Source of the DNA: an uncultured Clostridia bacterium
GTDB taxonomy: Bacteria > Bacillota > Clostridia > Christensenellales > UBA1242
Length of the DNA stretch: 64,000 nt
Direction: 5' to 3'
Assembly: GCA_947630405.1 (NCBI GenBank)
Contig: CANRHL010000001.1
Location: 92,971 to 156,970 of the forward strand
Each line of letters starts with the position of its first letter. Positions within the stretch are counted from its first letter, which is position 1. The notes beneath the pieces were generated by a model. The model was not told the DNA's origin. It saw only the letters and a program-made list of their open reading frames with translations, and did no database searches. The translations under genes were made by a program, and so were the position numbers. Of the stretch, positions 36,214 through 44,240 are shown one piece after another.

Positions 36214-36242
36214 TTGACATCTATATTTTTTTGTGCTAATAT
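36214..36242 (+). promoter_or_regulatory. sigma-A promoter of rpmG-secE-nusG
   Basis: TTGACA (36214-36219), 17 nt, TGcTAATAT (-10 at 36237-36242). Confidence 0.6.
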
Positions 36243-36309
36243 ATAATTGCACTTAAAAAGGGGTGCTTTTTTAATACTATTTAAGCGCCTTAAAATAAAA
36301 GGAGAAATT

Positions 36310-36480
36310 ATGGCAAAAGCAAAGAAAACTAAAAGAGAAAAAGTAATTTTTGAATGCACCGAATGCAAAGAAAGAAATTATTATTCTACCAAAAACAAGG
36401 CTAATGACCCTGACAGAATGGAGTTAAACAAATATTGCCCAAAATGCAAAAAAACCACAAAACACAAAGAAACTAAATAG
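36310..36480 (+). CDS. rpmG: 50S ribosomal protein L33 (zinc-ribbon C+ form)
   Basis: [50 protein letters not shown]. Confidence 0.9.
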   Translation: MAKAKKTKREKVIFECTECKERNYYSTKNKANDPDRMELNKYCPKCKKTTKHKETK

Positions 36481-36488
36481 GAGTGAAC

Positions 36489-36914
36489 ATGTCTAAAAAG
36501 AAAAAGAAATCCGCACACAAGTCAAAACCTAGTGTTAAAGTTACGGAAGAAAAAGTTTTAGATGAAGTTAAAACAACCGAAGCCGAAACCAACGCCCAAG
36601 TTGAAACCCTTACGGCAGAAGTTCTAGAAAAAACCGACAAAGAAGTAAAAGCCGAGAAAAAGGGCAAAAACAAGGCGGTTGAAGTTAAGGCAAAGGATGT
36701 TAACAAACCTAAAAAGGAAAAGGTTAAAAAGCCAAACAAAGTTGCCCGTGCAATAAAAAACACCGGCAGCGAACTTAAAAAAGTTACCTGGCCAAAATTT
36801 AAAGAAGTTGTTAAGCAAACTGGCATAGTTTTAGTGGTTGTGCTTGTGTTTGCTTTGGTAATTTTCGGCCTAGATGCACTTTGTGGTTGGTTAACTAACC
36901 TTTTGTTGAAGTAA
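36489..36914 (+). CDS. secE: preprotein translocase subunit SecE with a ~80-aa Lys/Glu-rich N-terminal extension
   Basis: The C-terminal 60 aa (ELKKVTWPKFKEVVKQTGIVLVVVLVFALVIFGLD) is canonical SecE. Position between rpmG and nusG. AGGAG SD. Confidence 0.8.
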   Translation: MSKKKKKSAHKSKPSVKVTEEKVLDEVKTTEAETNAQVETLTAEVLEKTDKEVKAEKKGKNKAVEVKAKDVNKPKKEKVKKPNKVARAIKNTGSELKKVTWPKFKEVVKQTGIVLVVVLVFALVIFGLDALCGWLTNLLLK

Positions 36915-36925
36915 AAGGAGAAGAA

Positions 36926-37486
36926 ATGGCTATAATTGATAATAATAAGGATACCGAACCAAAATGGTACGCACTTAAAGTGTTTTCTGGCTATGAAAAT
37001 GTTGCAAAACAGAACTTGCAAAACACTGTTGAAAAGTACGAACTTGAAAACCGCATTTTTGATATTGTTATTCCTATGGAAGATGTGCTTGTTGAAAAGC
37101 GCGGCAAAAAAGTGCTTGTGCCTAAAAAGACCATGCCCGGTTACATCTTTGTTAGAATGATGTATGGCGATGATATTTGGCATGCTGTAACCAGAACACA
37201 ATACATTTCAAGTTTTGTTGGCCCAGCTGGTAGGCCAATCTGCCTAACTGACGACGAAGAGCGCAGAATGGGCTTAAACGGCAACAAAGCAAGCGAAGTT
37301 AAGGTTGAATATAATATTAACGTTGGCGATTTGGTTGAAATTATTGAAGGCTCACTAAACAGTTTTGTTGGCACGGTTAAAGCCGTTGATAACGAAAATC
37401 AAAAGGCAACAGTGCTTGTTGAAATGTTTGGCAGAACTAGCGAAGTTGAGCTTGGCTTTAATCAAATAAGAGTTAGCAATAAATAG
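36926..37486 (+). CDS. nusG: transcription termination/antitermination factor NusG
   Basis: KWYALKVFSGYENVAKQNL, PGYIFVRM, and the KOW motif GDLVEIIEGSLNSFVGTVKAVD. Confidence 0.95.
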   Translation: MAIIDNNKDTEPKWYALKVFSGYENVAKQNLQNTVEKYELENRIFDIVIPMEDVLVEKRGKKVLVPKKTMPGYIFVRMMYGDDIWHAVTRTQYISSFVGPAGRPICLTDDEERRMGLNGNKASEVKVEYNINVGDLVEIIEGSLNSFVGTVKAVDNENQKATVLVEMFGRTSEVELGFNQIRVSNK

Positions 37487-37527
37487 AAAGTGGTAACGCT
37501 TTCTTTTTTGGTTTCATAGAAGATATT

Positions 37528-37869
37528 ATGTATAAATTTTCCACACTAGATAACCTAATGCGAGTAAGACACATATTAACTGACGAACTCGAGCATAAAT
37601 ATGATATTCTTGTTTGCCTTTCACAAGAAGGTTTTCGCTCGTTCCATTTGGATAACAAAGCCAAGCCGTTTAACTCAAAGGGGCAGGCAACACATTTTGA
37701 TGTTGTTGTTCTAAACGATTTTGAAGTTGAAATTAAAAGCGAAATAAGCCACGCCAGTTCAATAAATTTTACAAAAATTTTTAGAAAACTTATGTGTAAG
37801 GTGTGCGGGCAAGAATATAGGGCGGCGCTAGACGAATTTTTAAAAGATAAAACAAAAATAATTTTATAA
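37528..37869 (+). CDS. hypothetical protein (113 aa) between nusG and rplK
   Basis: ORF only; no SD and no motif. Supported mainly by its length in stop-rich DNA. Confidence 0.4.
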   Translation: MYKFSTLDNLMRVRHILTDELEHKYDILVCLSQEGFRSFHLDNKAKPFNSKGQATHFDVVVLNDFEVEIKSEISHASSINFTKIFRKLMCKVCGQEYRAALDEFLKDKTKIIL

Positions 37870-37875
37870 AAGTAG

Positions 37876-37904
37876 TTGACAAACTGCTTTTTTTATGCTA
37901 AAAT
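37876..37904 (+). promoter_or_regulatory. sigma-A promoter of rplK-rplA
   Basis: TTGACA (37876-37881), 17 nt, TGcTAAAAT (-10 at 37899-37904). Confidence 0.65.
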
Positions 37905-37990
37905 GCCCATTGATTGAATTTTCAATCACTTTTGTGGGAGAACATTGTTCTATAACACCACACCATTTAAAAAATTAAAAGGAGAGAGAA

Positions 37991-38431
37991 ATGGCAAAAA
38001 AAGTTAAATCTATCGTTAACATTCAACTTCCTGCTGCCAAGGCAACCGCTGGTCCGCCAGTTGGTAGTTCACTAGGCCCACACGGCATTAACATTGGCGC
38101 TTTTGTTAAAGAATTTAACGATAAAACCGCAAAAATGGTTGGTTACACAATTCCTTGCGTTATCACCATTTATGAAGATAGAAGTTTCACTTTTATCTTA
38201 AAGCAACCACCTGCAGTTGACTTAATTTTAAAAGAAGCAGGACTTGAAAAGGGGACAGATAAATCCCGTAACAAAGTTGGCAAAATAACTGTCGAGCAAC
38301 TTAAAAAGATTGCTGAAACAAAAATGCCAGATCTTAATGCAGCAAGTCTTGACGCTGCAATGAGCATGATTGCTGGCACATGTAGAAGCATGGGTGTTGT
38401 TGTGGAGGGCTGGAAAAATGAAAAGAAGTAA
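37991..38431 (+). CDS. rplK: 50S ribosomal protein L11
   Basis: [32 protein letters not shown]. Confidence 0.95.
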   Translation: MAKKVKSIVNIQLPAAKATAGPPVGSSLGPHGINIGAFVKEFNDKTAKMVGYTIPCVITIYEDRSFTFILKQPPAVDLILKEAGLEKGTDKSRNKVGKITVEQLKKIAETKMPDLNAASLDAAMSMIAGTCRSMGVVVEGWKNEKK

Positions 38432-39110
38432 AAATTATGTTGAAGCTTCAAAGCTAGTTGATAAAACCAAACAATACGATGCAAAAGAAGCGGTTAGTGC
38501 AGTTATTTCAACAAGCAAAGCAAAATTTGATGAAACTGTTGAACTCCACATTAGGCTTGGTGTTGATGGCCGTAATGCAGATCAACAAGTTCGTGGCGTT
38601 GTTGTGTTGCCAGAAGGCACGGGTAAAACTGTTAGAGTTTTAGTTATTGCTAAAGGCGACAAAGCAGAGGAAGCTAAAAAAGCCGGGGCAGACATCGTTG
38701 GCGATGACGATATCGTTGCAAAAATTATGTCTGGCAACTGGTTAGATTTTGATGTGTGCATCACCACCCCTGATATGATGGGTGCGTTAGGTAGATGTGC
38801 GCGTATATTAGGCCCTAAAGGCTTAATGCCAAACCCTAAGAGCGGCACTGTTACAATGGACGTTACTAAGGCAGTTAAAGATGTTAAAGCCGGTAAAGTT
38901 GAATATAGGCTTGATAAACAAAACATCGTGCACGTTCGTATTGGTAAGGTAAGTTTTGGTGCAGATAGATTGCTTACTAACTTAACCACCGTTATGGATG
39001 CAATTATCAAGGCAAAACCTGCCGCAGCAAAGGGAACATATTTAAAATCTGTTTACCTTGCAACCACTATGGGCCCAAGCGTTAAAGTTAATTATTCTGA
39101 ATCAAAATAA
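38418..39110 (+). CDS. rplA: 50S ribosomal protein L1
   Basis: The start [10 protein letters not shown] at 38418 overlaps rplK by 14 nt. [38 protein letters not shown]. Confidence 0.95.
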   Translation: MKRSKNYVEASKLVDKTKQYDAKEAVSAVISTSKAKFDETVELHIRLGVDGRNADQQVRGVVVLPEGTGKTVRVLVIAKGDKAEEAKKAGADIVGDDDIVAKIMSGNWLDFDVCITTPDMMGALGRCARILGPKGLMPNPKSGTVTMDVTKAVKDVKAGKVEYRLDKQNIVHVRIGKVSFGADRLLTNLTTVMDAIIKAKPAAAKGTYLKSVYLATTMGPSVKVNYSESK

Positions 39111-39136
39111 AAAATGGCGTTTAGCCATTTTTTTGT
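39111..39136 (+). terminator. rho-independent terminator after rplA
   Basis: AAAAATGGC-GTTTA-GCCATTTTTTTG. Confidence 0.65.
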
Positions 39137-39203
39137 TGCGGCATTGCGTTTTTGCTATTGACAAAACCAATAAAATGTGTTATTATAAATTTTAGGAGAG
39201 ATT

Positions 39204-39899
39204 ATGAAATTAGTTAAACACATAAGAATTTATTACCCTTTTGAATTGGAAGGGAAGAAAGAGGATTTTGTACCAACACGCGATATGACGGAAGCCGAGT
39301 TTAAAAAATATAAAATTGAACCAGATGCCAATTATTTTAGCATTTTTTATACCTTGGAAGATGAAGTTGCGGTTAAATATCATTCCGCACCTTTTTGCCT
39401 TCAATCAATTAGGTTTGCTAAGGATGATTTAGCGCATCTGTCCTTAAAAACTCAGGCGCAAGACATGTTAGATAGGTTGCCAAGGGTGAAAGTTGGCAGC
39501 GTTAGTGGTGCAAAAACTAGATATATTCAAGCGTATTACGACTCGGCAAACGAAGAAGTAAGCCGTTGCAAAGAACGTGTGGTTAAAACATTAGACCCAC
39601 GCAACATTAAATTTTATGCGGATGTTCAACGTGTGAAACTCTACACCGAAAGCGTGATGGACGTGCCAGTAACTATAGATGGGAAAAGCAGCACGATTGA
39701 AGTGGTTTCAGAGCCTATTCAACCTAAAAATTATTATGTTGGAATATTTGAAGATGTTGGGCCAGGTGGCCTTATCTCGTTTACAACCGAAAAGGGCAAT
39801 TCTGCTTTTGCTGAAAAGGGTTCCTCAATAATTCCGCCAGAGCAACTTGATAGTTCCGGCAAAATAATTTTTGGCACAAGTAAAGGAAAAGGGGTTTAA
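39204..39899 (+). CDS. hypothetical protein (231 aa)
   Basis: AGGAGAG SD; no motif recognised. Confidence 0.6.
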   Translation: MKLVKHIRIYYPFELEGKKEDFVPTRDMTEAEFKKYKIEPDANYFSIFYTLEDEVAVKYHSAPFCLQSIRFAKDDLAHLSLKTQAQDMLDRLPRVKVGSVSGAKTRYIQAYYDSANEEVSRCKERVVKTLDPRNIKFYADVQRVKLYTESVMDVPVTIDGKSSTIEVVSEPIQPKNYYVGIFEDVGPGGLISFTTEKGNSAFAEKGSSIIPPEQLDSSGKIIFGTSKGKGV

Positions 39900-39900
39900 A

Positions 39901-40311
39901 ATGCAAACAAACGAAGTTTTATATGCTCGCCTAACTACCGATGGCGGCTTTGTTGAACAAAAAGTGGATAGTTTTGATATTTCCAAAATAAAAATTAGTA
40001 AGGACGTTTTTAAAGTTACCTTCCGCCGCACATGGCAAGTTAAGGTGGCGGTTAATAACAGGGAAAAACATTCCGAAAAGGAAGCCCGTATGGCAACTTA
40101 CTATATTGGGGAAATTGTTACAATGAAAGATGCACTCGCCGGCGGAGTTGATAGAAATTCAACCGCATATTCAAAGCTTATTAGCGGGGAAGAAAAGCAG
40201 ATGCTTAAAGCAAACAACGGCAAAATTTATAAAATTGAAGAAGGCGCAATAATTTTATCCCCTGCCGACTTTGTTAATGGTTATTATAACGGGCAGAATT
40301 TAAATGTTTAA
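39901..40311 (+). CDS. hypothetical protein (136 aa), coupled to the preceding gene
   Basis: The ATG lies 1 nt after the upstream TAA. GGAAAAGGGG SD lies inside the upstream gene. Confidence 0.6.
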   Translation: MQTNEVLYARLTTDGGFVEQKVDSFDISKIKISKDVFKVTFRRTWQVKVAVNNREKHSEKEARMATYYIGEIVTMKDALAGGVDRNSTAYSKLISGEEKQMLKANNGKIYKIEEGAIILSPADFVNGYYNGQNLNV

Positions 40312-40393
40312 AAAGTTCACAATAAGTGAATTTTTTTTGTTATTTAATTTACTAAATCTTACGAAAGTGTTACAATAAATTAGGAGAAAAATT

Positions 40394-40864
40394 ATGAGGA
40401 AATTTGAACTTGTTCGCCCAGAATTTATGCAATATGGGGTGGACCCAAAAACACTTAAAAAACCCTATCGCGCAACAAAATATGCGGTGTGTTACGATTG
40501 CTTTTCGCCAATCGATTTGGTTGTGCCAGCAGAGGAAACAAAATTGGTGTTTATTAACTTTAAAGCCTATTGCAACCATGATGAAGGTTACATTTTGGCT
40601 TCCACTAGCGGCTTAGGCAAAAAAGGCATAATTCTTGCTAACGGCATAGGCATTATTGAAAGTGATTATGCTGATAACGAAACAAACGATGGAAACATTG
40701 GCTTTCTGTTGCACAATTTAAACAAAACTCCGTACGAAATTAAGGCGGGAGATAAAATTGGCCAAATTTTCTTTATTAAATTTTTAACAACAGACGATGA
40801 TGCCGAAACCAACGCAAATGTTGTGCGTAAAGGTGGCTTTGGCAGCACAAATAAAAACAAATAA
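40394..40864 (+). CDS. dut: trimeric dUTPase-family protein with atypical motifs
   Basis: AGGAGA SD. GIGIIESDYADN (motif III), GDKIGQIFF (motif IV), RKGGFGST (motif V). Motif II reads ASTSGLG instead of PRSS. Confidence 0.7.
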   Translation: MRKFELVRPEFMQYGVDPKTLKKPYRATKYAVCYDCFSPIDLVVPAEETKLVFINFKAYCNHDEGYILASTSGLGKKGIILANGIGIIESDYADNETNDGNIGFLLHNLNKTPYEIKAGDKIGQIFFIKFLTTDDDAETNANVVRKGGFGSTNKNK

Positions 40865-40888
40865 AAGTGGCATACGCCACTTTTTGTT
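40863..40888 (+). terminator. rho-independent terminator (GTGGC/GCCAC family)
   Basis: AAAAGTGGC-ATAC-GCCACTTTTTG. Confidence 0.7.
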
Positions 40889-40940
40889 TTACTTGTTTTA
40901 TTGGTTGCTTATTTTTTTGTTTATTAAATTTTCCCCTAAG

Positions 40941-41228
40941 TTAAGGTTGTTCTTTATTTTTTTCATATGTTTTTTCAATGTCGTCAATTATTGATTTAAG
41001 ATTAAAAAGTTCGTGTTTTAATTCTATTAAAAGATTAGGAATATTAACATTTTCCATTTCGTCCACGCTTGTTGCTCGCGGCCTAAACATATAACAAGTT
41101 TGTGCGTCTTTATAATTTTCTATTGTTTTGCCCAAACTGCAATGATTTCCGTCACTCCTTAAAAAGCCATCTTCGTCAACATAAAAATATTTAGTGAATT
41201 TTAGACATTTTAAACAATTATATTCCAT
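40941..41228 (-). CDS. small 4-Cys protein, paralog of 29389-29667
   Basis: AAGGAGAG SD. CLKCLKF...EDGFLRSDGNHCSLGK...AQTCYMFR...LLIELKHELFNLKSIIDDIEKTY. Confidence 0.7.
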   Translation of the reverse strand: MEYNCLKCLKFTKYFYVDEDGFLRSDGNHCSLGKTIENYKDAQTCYMFRPRATSVDEMENVNIPNLLIELKHELFNLKSIIDDIEKTYEKNKEQP

Positions 41229-41386
41229 TTTTCTCTCCTTTAAAGATGTGCAGTTTGGACAGAATTTTTAAAAACAATGTTCAAAACAAACACATAATAA
41301 AATTATAATGTGCATTTCGACCATTTGTCAAGCATTTTTAAGCAAAACATGTCCGTTTTGTTGGTGTATTTTTAAAATTTATAATA

Positions 41387-41704
41387 ATGGAAAAGTTAAA
41401 AGAACTAAGAAAAAAGATGAATAAAAGCCAACAACAAGTTGCTGCCGACTTGAATTTAAATTTTTACACATATCAAAATTACGAATTGGGCAGAAGGCAA
41501 CCGGATATTGAAACCTTAAAAAGCCTTGCCGATTATTTTAACACCACCATTGACAACATTGTTGGCCATAGCACAAAGCATTTTGTGGATATTTCCACAC
41601 TATCTAATGCGCAACTTGTGTTGATTGAAAAAATTAAAAATTCCACCGAAGCGGTTTGCAATAGTGTTTCTGCATATATTGACGGACTAAAAACTAAAAT
41701 ATAA
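41387..41704 (+). CDS. XRE-family HTH regulator (HTH_3, 105 aa)
   Basis: LKELRKKMNKSQQQVAADLNLNFYTYQNYELGRRQPDIETLKSLADYFNTTIDNIVG. Divergent from the 4-Cys gene. Confidence 0.8.
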   Translation: MEKLKELRKKMNKSQQQVAADLNLNFYTYQNYELGRRQPDIETLKSLADYFNTTIDNIVGHSTKHFVDISTLSNAQLVLIEKIKNSTEAVCNSVSAYIDGLKTKI

Positions 41705-41730
41705 AAAAGTGGCATATGCCACTTTTTTGT
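41704..41730 (+). terminator. rho-independent terminator (GTGGC/GCCAC family)
   Basis: AAAAAGTGGC-ATAT-GCCACTTTTTTG. Confidence 0.7.
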
Positions 41731-41803
41731 TTTGCTATCCGCTTTTTATTATTTCAATTTATTTACTATCTTTTCATTATTTATTTTCTTGTTTTTTTTG
41801 TTT

Positions 41804-42712
41804 TTATTTTATGCGCTTGTCCGCTGATGTTAGGTTAATTGTTATTGCCAAATGTTTGTTGGCTAGGCGGCTGAAAATGCGCTCATCGTAACGCGATAAA
41901 ATATTATCTAAACTAAGGTTGGTTGAAATAAATGTTGGTTTTTTGTGTATTTGGCGGGTGTTAATTAAATTGTATAAATATTCAATTGTAACATTTTTTA
42001 AAATTGGCTCGGTGCCAAGGTCATCAATCAACAAAATATCCGCATTTAAAACGTCGCCAAACTCAAACGATTTGCCAATATGGTAAAGCCTAGCAAGTTC
42101 GTTCAACTCAAACGCGGTTTTGTAAACCACAACATAATTTTTGTTTAGCATTTCGTTTGCAACGCATTCAAGCAAAAAGGTTTTTCCGCTGCCCGCACCG
42201 CCTAAAATGTTTAAATTAATTTTAGTTATCTCAGGGTATTTTTCGCACCAAGATTTTATAACCTCATATGCCTTTTTATCGTTGGCAGTAAGAGAGGAAT
42301 CATCACTATTTTCAAAGTTTTTAAATTCGCTTTGGCTAGATGAATTAATTGAAATTGTTTTGTTAAGTTCGTTTAACAAACATTTGCAAATTCGCCCGCC
42401 AACCACGCCCGTATCGTTACAAATAGGGCAATCATATTTTGGGGTTAGTTTGCTTTCGTCAATGTTGTTGGCTTTTAAAAATTTGTTAATTTTTTCTTTT
42501 AAATCCAACACATCGTGCTTTAATGCCAAACTCTCTTCTTCAAACTGCGAGCGAGTGTATTCAATTTGTTTTTTTGTATATTCGCTATAAAGTTTATCGA
42601 ACTCGGGGTTTTGTTTTAGCTCAGTTATGTAATCCTCGCACTCTTGTTGAGCGTGTATGCGTTTTAACATGAAATTTTGTTTAATGTTGGCTATAAGTTT
42701 TTGTCTGTCCAC
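41804..42712 (-). CDS. dnaI: helicase loader DnaI/DnaC-like AAA+ protein with an N-terminal zinc-binding motif
   Basis: GTG start after GGAGGTG. CPICNDTGVVGGRICKC. Walker A GGAGSGKTFLL, Walker B LLIDDLG. Confidence 0.8.
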   Translation of the reverse strand: MDRQKLIANIKQNFMLKRIHAQQECEDYITELKQNPEFDKLYSEYTKKQIEYTRSQFEEESLALKHDVLDLKEKINKFLKANNIDESKLTPKYDCPICNDTGVVGGRICKCLLNELNKTISINSSSQSEFKNFENSDDSSLTANDKKAYEVIKSWCEKYPEITKINLNILGGAGSGKTFLLECVANEMLNKNYVVVYKTAFELNELARLYHIGKSFEFGDVLNADILLIDDLGTEPILKNVTIEYLYNLINTRQIHKKPTFISTNLSLDNILSRYDERIFSRLANKHLAITINLTSADKRIK

Positions 42713-42713
42713 A

Positions 42714-44144
42714 CTACACCTCCACTTCGTCCAAATTGGTGATTAGGCTTTTAATTTGCTCTTTAGAATAGTTGTTGTGAATAAAGTTTTGCTCGCCAAG
42801 TTCAACTTTTGCTTGCTTTGCTTTATCAAGGGTTTTAATGCCTTCGCCATTCCAGTTGGATAAAATTTTATTTAAGTAGGAAATTGAATTTGCTTTATCT
42901 TTACTAAGGCTTGCCGCATACAAAATAACATCTTGGCTAAAGCCCCAATCTATTGACCAAACTTTATAAAACGCGCGGTCGTTATTATTGGCAACGCGGT
43001 TAAGGTTAAGCGCGGTGAGCACTTCGTTAATTAGGGAGTCCACTTTTAAATTGTCGCTTAAATATTTATTATAGCCTTCAAGTGTGGTAATGCCCAGTTT
43101 GAATAGTTTTGTTATTATGTTATTAAAGCCGTCAAGCGTTTTAACAGTTGTTCCGTGGCAATTGTTGGCGATGGTTTTTAGCGTTACTTCGTCGAACCCC
43201 ATATTTAGCCAAGGCACAACAAATTTATCAATTTCGTTAGATAAATCGTCATAATACAAGCCAAGTTGTTGGTTGATTGTTTTGGCAATTGAAAACATAT
43301 GGTCCTTTTCATTTTCATAGTTTTCAATTTCCTTAATGCTTGTTAATTTCATTTCATAATAACGCGTGAGATAATCGTCAAGCACATTAATATCTAGATG
43401 CCTTTTTTTGGCCTTTAAATTTTTAACAACAAAGATAACAACATTGAGTTCAAAGCCATAATCTTCAAGCCATTTTTTTAATAGTTCCTTATCTTCAAGT
43501 TGTGGTTTGCGCTTGCTACCCATGGCCGAAAGTATTTGTGACATATTATCGCTAACAAGGCCAAGTTCTTCAATTTTTTGCTCAACATCGCTAACGGTTC
43601 GCACGCCCTCTTTAAGCCAATTTTTTGCAACCACAATGCAGTAGTTAGGGCTAAGGCCAAAACCTTTGTTATCCACACAATATTTAATTAGGGTAATAAG
43701 CGCGTTTTCTTCCATTTGGTGGCGTTCAATTAAATTGTAAAATTCAGCAAACTCGTTTGGCATAACCATACGTTTGTCAAAAAGTTCTTGCACCTGAATG
43801 TTGAAACTTGCGTATTTATCCACCTTATATTTTTTAATGTTTTTAGCGTTGGAAATAATTGGCAAATATCTAACTTCAATAGGGTTGGTGTTAAGAATTT
43901 GCACCACGCCTAACTCTTGCCAATATTTGAATATGGAAACAACGTCATCCTCGCTAATCTTAAGCGTTTTTGCAAAAAAGGCTAGGTTGTTTTCCGCATC
44001 ATCAGCATTGCATTTGGATAAACCTAAAATGTATGCCTTAACGCACATATCGGGCGCGGACGGCAAAAACTCACTAACAAAAGTGTTATCCAACATAATT
44101 TTGTTATTGTTTTCATAACTTGCGCTAAACTTACAAAATGACAT
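42714..44144 (-). CDS. dnaB: replication initiation / membrane attachment protein (DnaB_2 / DnaD-like domains)
   Basis: About 476 aa, directly upstream of dnaI as in Bacillus dnaB-dnaI, with a DnaD-like repeat architecture. Start placed at the second ATG (44144) because the -10 box abuts the first. Confidence 0.7.
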   Translation of the reverse strand: MSFCKFSASYENNNKIMLDNTFVSEFLPSAPDMCVKAYILGLSKCNADDAENNLAFFAKTLKISEDDVVSIFKYWQELGVVQILNTNPIEVRYLPIISNAKNIKKYKVDKYASFNIQVQELFDKRMVMPNEFAEFYNLIERHQMEENALITLIKYCVDNKGFGLSPNYCIVVAKNWLKEGVRTVSDVEQKIEELGLVSDNMSQILSAMGSKRKPQLEDKELLKKWLEDYGFELNVVIFVVKNLKAKKRHLDINVLDDYLTRYYEMKLTSIKEIENYENEKDHMFSIAKTINQQLGLYYDDLSNEIDKFVVPWLNMGFDEVTLKTIANNCHGTTVKTLDGFNNIITKLFKLGITTLEGYNKYLSDNLKVDSLINEVLTALNLNRVANNNDRAFYKVWSIDWGFSQDVILYAASLSKDKANSISYLNKILSNWNGEGIKTLDKAKQAKVELGEQNFIHNNYSKEQIKSLITNLDEVEV

Positions 44145-44150
44145 AACCAT

Positions 44151-44179
44151 ATATTAGCACAATTTCCAAATTAACGCAA
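44151..44179 (-). promoter_or_regulatory. promoter abutting the dnaB-like start
   Basis: Minus strand: TTGCGT (44179-44174), 17 nt, TGcTAATAT (-10 at 44156-44151), 6 nt, ATG (44144). Confidence 0.5.
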
Positions 44180-44240
44180 CTAAACTAAATTTATAAATAA
44201 AAATCGTTATAAATTTTAACTTGTCCTCATACAATTTTGT

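Noticed and set aside
36473-37201. 242-aa minus-strand ORF, plus similar long antisense ORFs at 32687-33151, 24090-24509, 26759-27256, 46429-46890, 38582-39010, 42141-42590 and 15634-15963
   Set aside because: Each lies wholly antisense or out of frame to a confidently identified gene (secE/nusG, VanW, gerAC, pheT, ABC, rplA, dnaI, ATPase). Their translations are low-complexity, so they are shadow ORFs.
13144-43670. Perfect DnaA-box 9-mers TTATCCACA at about 13144, 16003 and 43661 as a hint of oriC
   Set aside because: They are dispersed inside coding regions tens of kb apart, with no AT-rich unwinding element or dnaA/dnaN nearby. The number is close to chance expectation for an AT-rich 64-kb window.
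39204-44150. Prophage or mobile-island interpretation of dut, XRE, the 4-Cys gene and the DnaD-like/DnaC-like genes
   Set aside because: There is no integrase, terminase, capsid, tail or lysis gene, and no att-like direct repeats. The 476-aa DnaB_2-type protein followed by a DnaI with a zinc motif matches the chromosomal dnaB-dnaI arrangement of Firmicutes. A small remnant cannot be excluded.
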